Below are positions 62,514 through 64,000 of a DNA stretch of 64,000 nucleotides, piece after piece. The notes beneath the pieces were generated by a model. The model was not told the origin of the DNA. It ran no database searches and worked only from the letters and a program-made list of their open reading frames with translations. Where the stretch lies: assembly GCA_001662655.1 (NCBI GenBank), contig KV460239.1; one strand, written 5' to 3'. The DNA is from Pseudogymnoascus verrucosus. Taxonomy: Eukaryota. How positions within the stretch are numbered: the stretch's first letter is position 1; each line of letters starts with the position of its first letter. Position numbers and translations under genes: made by a program.

Positions 62514-64000
62514 TTTTGATATGGTGGGGTTTGAATAGCTCTGTGTGTGGTATGTGGGGTTGAGGTTGTCAGCGTTTGAAGGTGACAGTGGGTTCTCCGT
62601 GGATGTGGGAGGTAGGTAGCTTTATACTGTAAACGTTAGCCATGTGAACTGCATGCAGGCGCCTCACGGGTATGCGAGTGAAAGAAAATGCAGTGTTTGT
62701 CCAAAACGGATATGATCTGGGGACAAAGCACTTGACATGAGGGATAGGTCTTACAAGATTTGGCGGGATAGTCTCACGGGGGAGATTTGTACGTTTGTTT
62801 GGTTGGCGATCTGCCGCTGGAGCTTGGACGGCCTCGTGCAGAAGGGTCACACTGTTTGCTTAAAGGAGGCACTACTCGACGGGTAAGTGTGTGTACCACC
62901 GGTTGTAATGTGGGGACTAGCTTTTTAAGTGAAAAAGGTCTGGTCGTGGGAATACAGAGTGATTAGTTTTCTTTGTTGGTTGTTTGTATTTGGATAGTAA
63001 TCGGTTGAGGTTATAATGGTTTTCAGTAATCACATTTGGGCAGGAAATATCGAAGCCTTTATACTTGATTTCACCTTTTTTCACTTTTTGTATGATTCAT
63101 AAATGCCAAGGGCATATGATTGATAACTTATTGTTAACTACGAAAATTCAACTGCCAAGACCGAACATTGCTTGTTGTTTACACATATGCTATAAATTCA
63201 CTGTTATTATAGGTTCAAGCAATTATTGCCGAGCCTTGACACCGTCATCCGAAAGCCCTCGGCTTCGGCAGGATAGAGCGGCATCTGTCAGCCGAGTAAC
63301 CTCGGAGAAAGTCCGACAATAAATTATTCCTTTGGGTAAGTGAATTATAACTGGTATTGGCAACGTAGTATAATGAATATGGAATCCCAAATTAATAAGC
63401 GGCCGATAAATAAGTCAAATTGTCAAATCCAGCGTGATATTGAGGTTGCACCGCTAAGATAAAGGTACGACGTCACTTTTTCTATTATAAGCAGGGGTGG
63501 GGCGCCACCAGAATTCCTTGCATCGGGATAGTGTCGATCGATTATCATGATAGGCTCCTTGGCAAACCTTCGTTCCCGCCTCTAACGGAAGCCGTTGGGA
63601 TAAGGCAAAACGACAACATCAATTCCTCATAACGACCGATTTCATAGCACAATTCCGCTATGATTATCCGCGCAGTCTTGGCTACGAGCGCGCTGCTCAT
63701 ATCATCGTCGACTGCGGCAATTAACCCCGCATTGGTTGGGACATGGTCATCCAAGTCCGCCAAGGTGATGACAGGGCCGGTATGGTCGCACCAACTGTGA
63801 ATTATCCGATGGGCAAAGGCTTATTCTTTATCTACAGGGCTTCTATAATCCAGTCAATGACAGCTTCATCGAGCCATCCCACGCGGGGATTTCATACTCC
63901 TTCACTGCGGATGGCTTCTACGAATCAGCCTACTACCGCGCAGTCTCCAATCGTATGTTCCCCTCCCCCCAGCCACATCGCAAGCTAACCCCTCCCCAGC

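Noticed and set aside
63545..64000. Possible 3' end of a minus-strand gene running off the window
   Set aside because: Upstream frames contain stops and no motif is recognisable
1..64000. CRISPR arrays, rRNA/tRNA genes, intact transposons or Starship captain genes
   Set aside because: No repeat-spacer arrays, structural RNA signatures, transposase, reverse transcriptase or tyrosine recombinase ORFs were recognised by eye

Overview
Eukaryotic (filamentous ascomycete) genomic DNA with GT-AG introns and CTAAC/CTGAC branch points. The strong poly-C/poly-G skew is reminiscent of Leotiomycetes such as Pseudogymnoascus (inference). About 23 protein-coding genes are supported. A core block at about 34-57.5 kb holds CDC45, uaY, CCDC124/Lso2, an AKTIP-like E2 variant, MAD1, a NIPA Mg2+ transporter and BIR1. 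The left end holds a kelch membrane protein, a Thr-rich GPI wall protein and an aldehyde reductase. Two compositionally different accessory-looking blocks lie at about 13-33.7 kb and 57.7-64 kb. The most notable element is a compact four-gene cluster at 14.6-24.9 kb: an allantoate/nicotinate-family MFS transporter, a Zn2Cys6 regulator, an intronless DUF1445 (D-glutamate cyclase/YcsI-like) gene and an ATP-dependent 5-oxoprolinase. It is followed directly by a secreted SH3-CHAP peptidoglycan hydrolase. Together these suggest a candidate fungal D-glutamate/pyroglutamate (possibly peptidoglycan-derived) utilisation system. Other oddities: overlapping stop codons, a uaY intron lacking a canonical AG acceptor, and a same-strand overlapping ORF pair. 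No rRNA, tRNA, CRISPR or intact transposon was recognised. All family calls are by motif recognition, without database searches.
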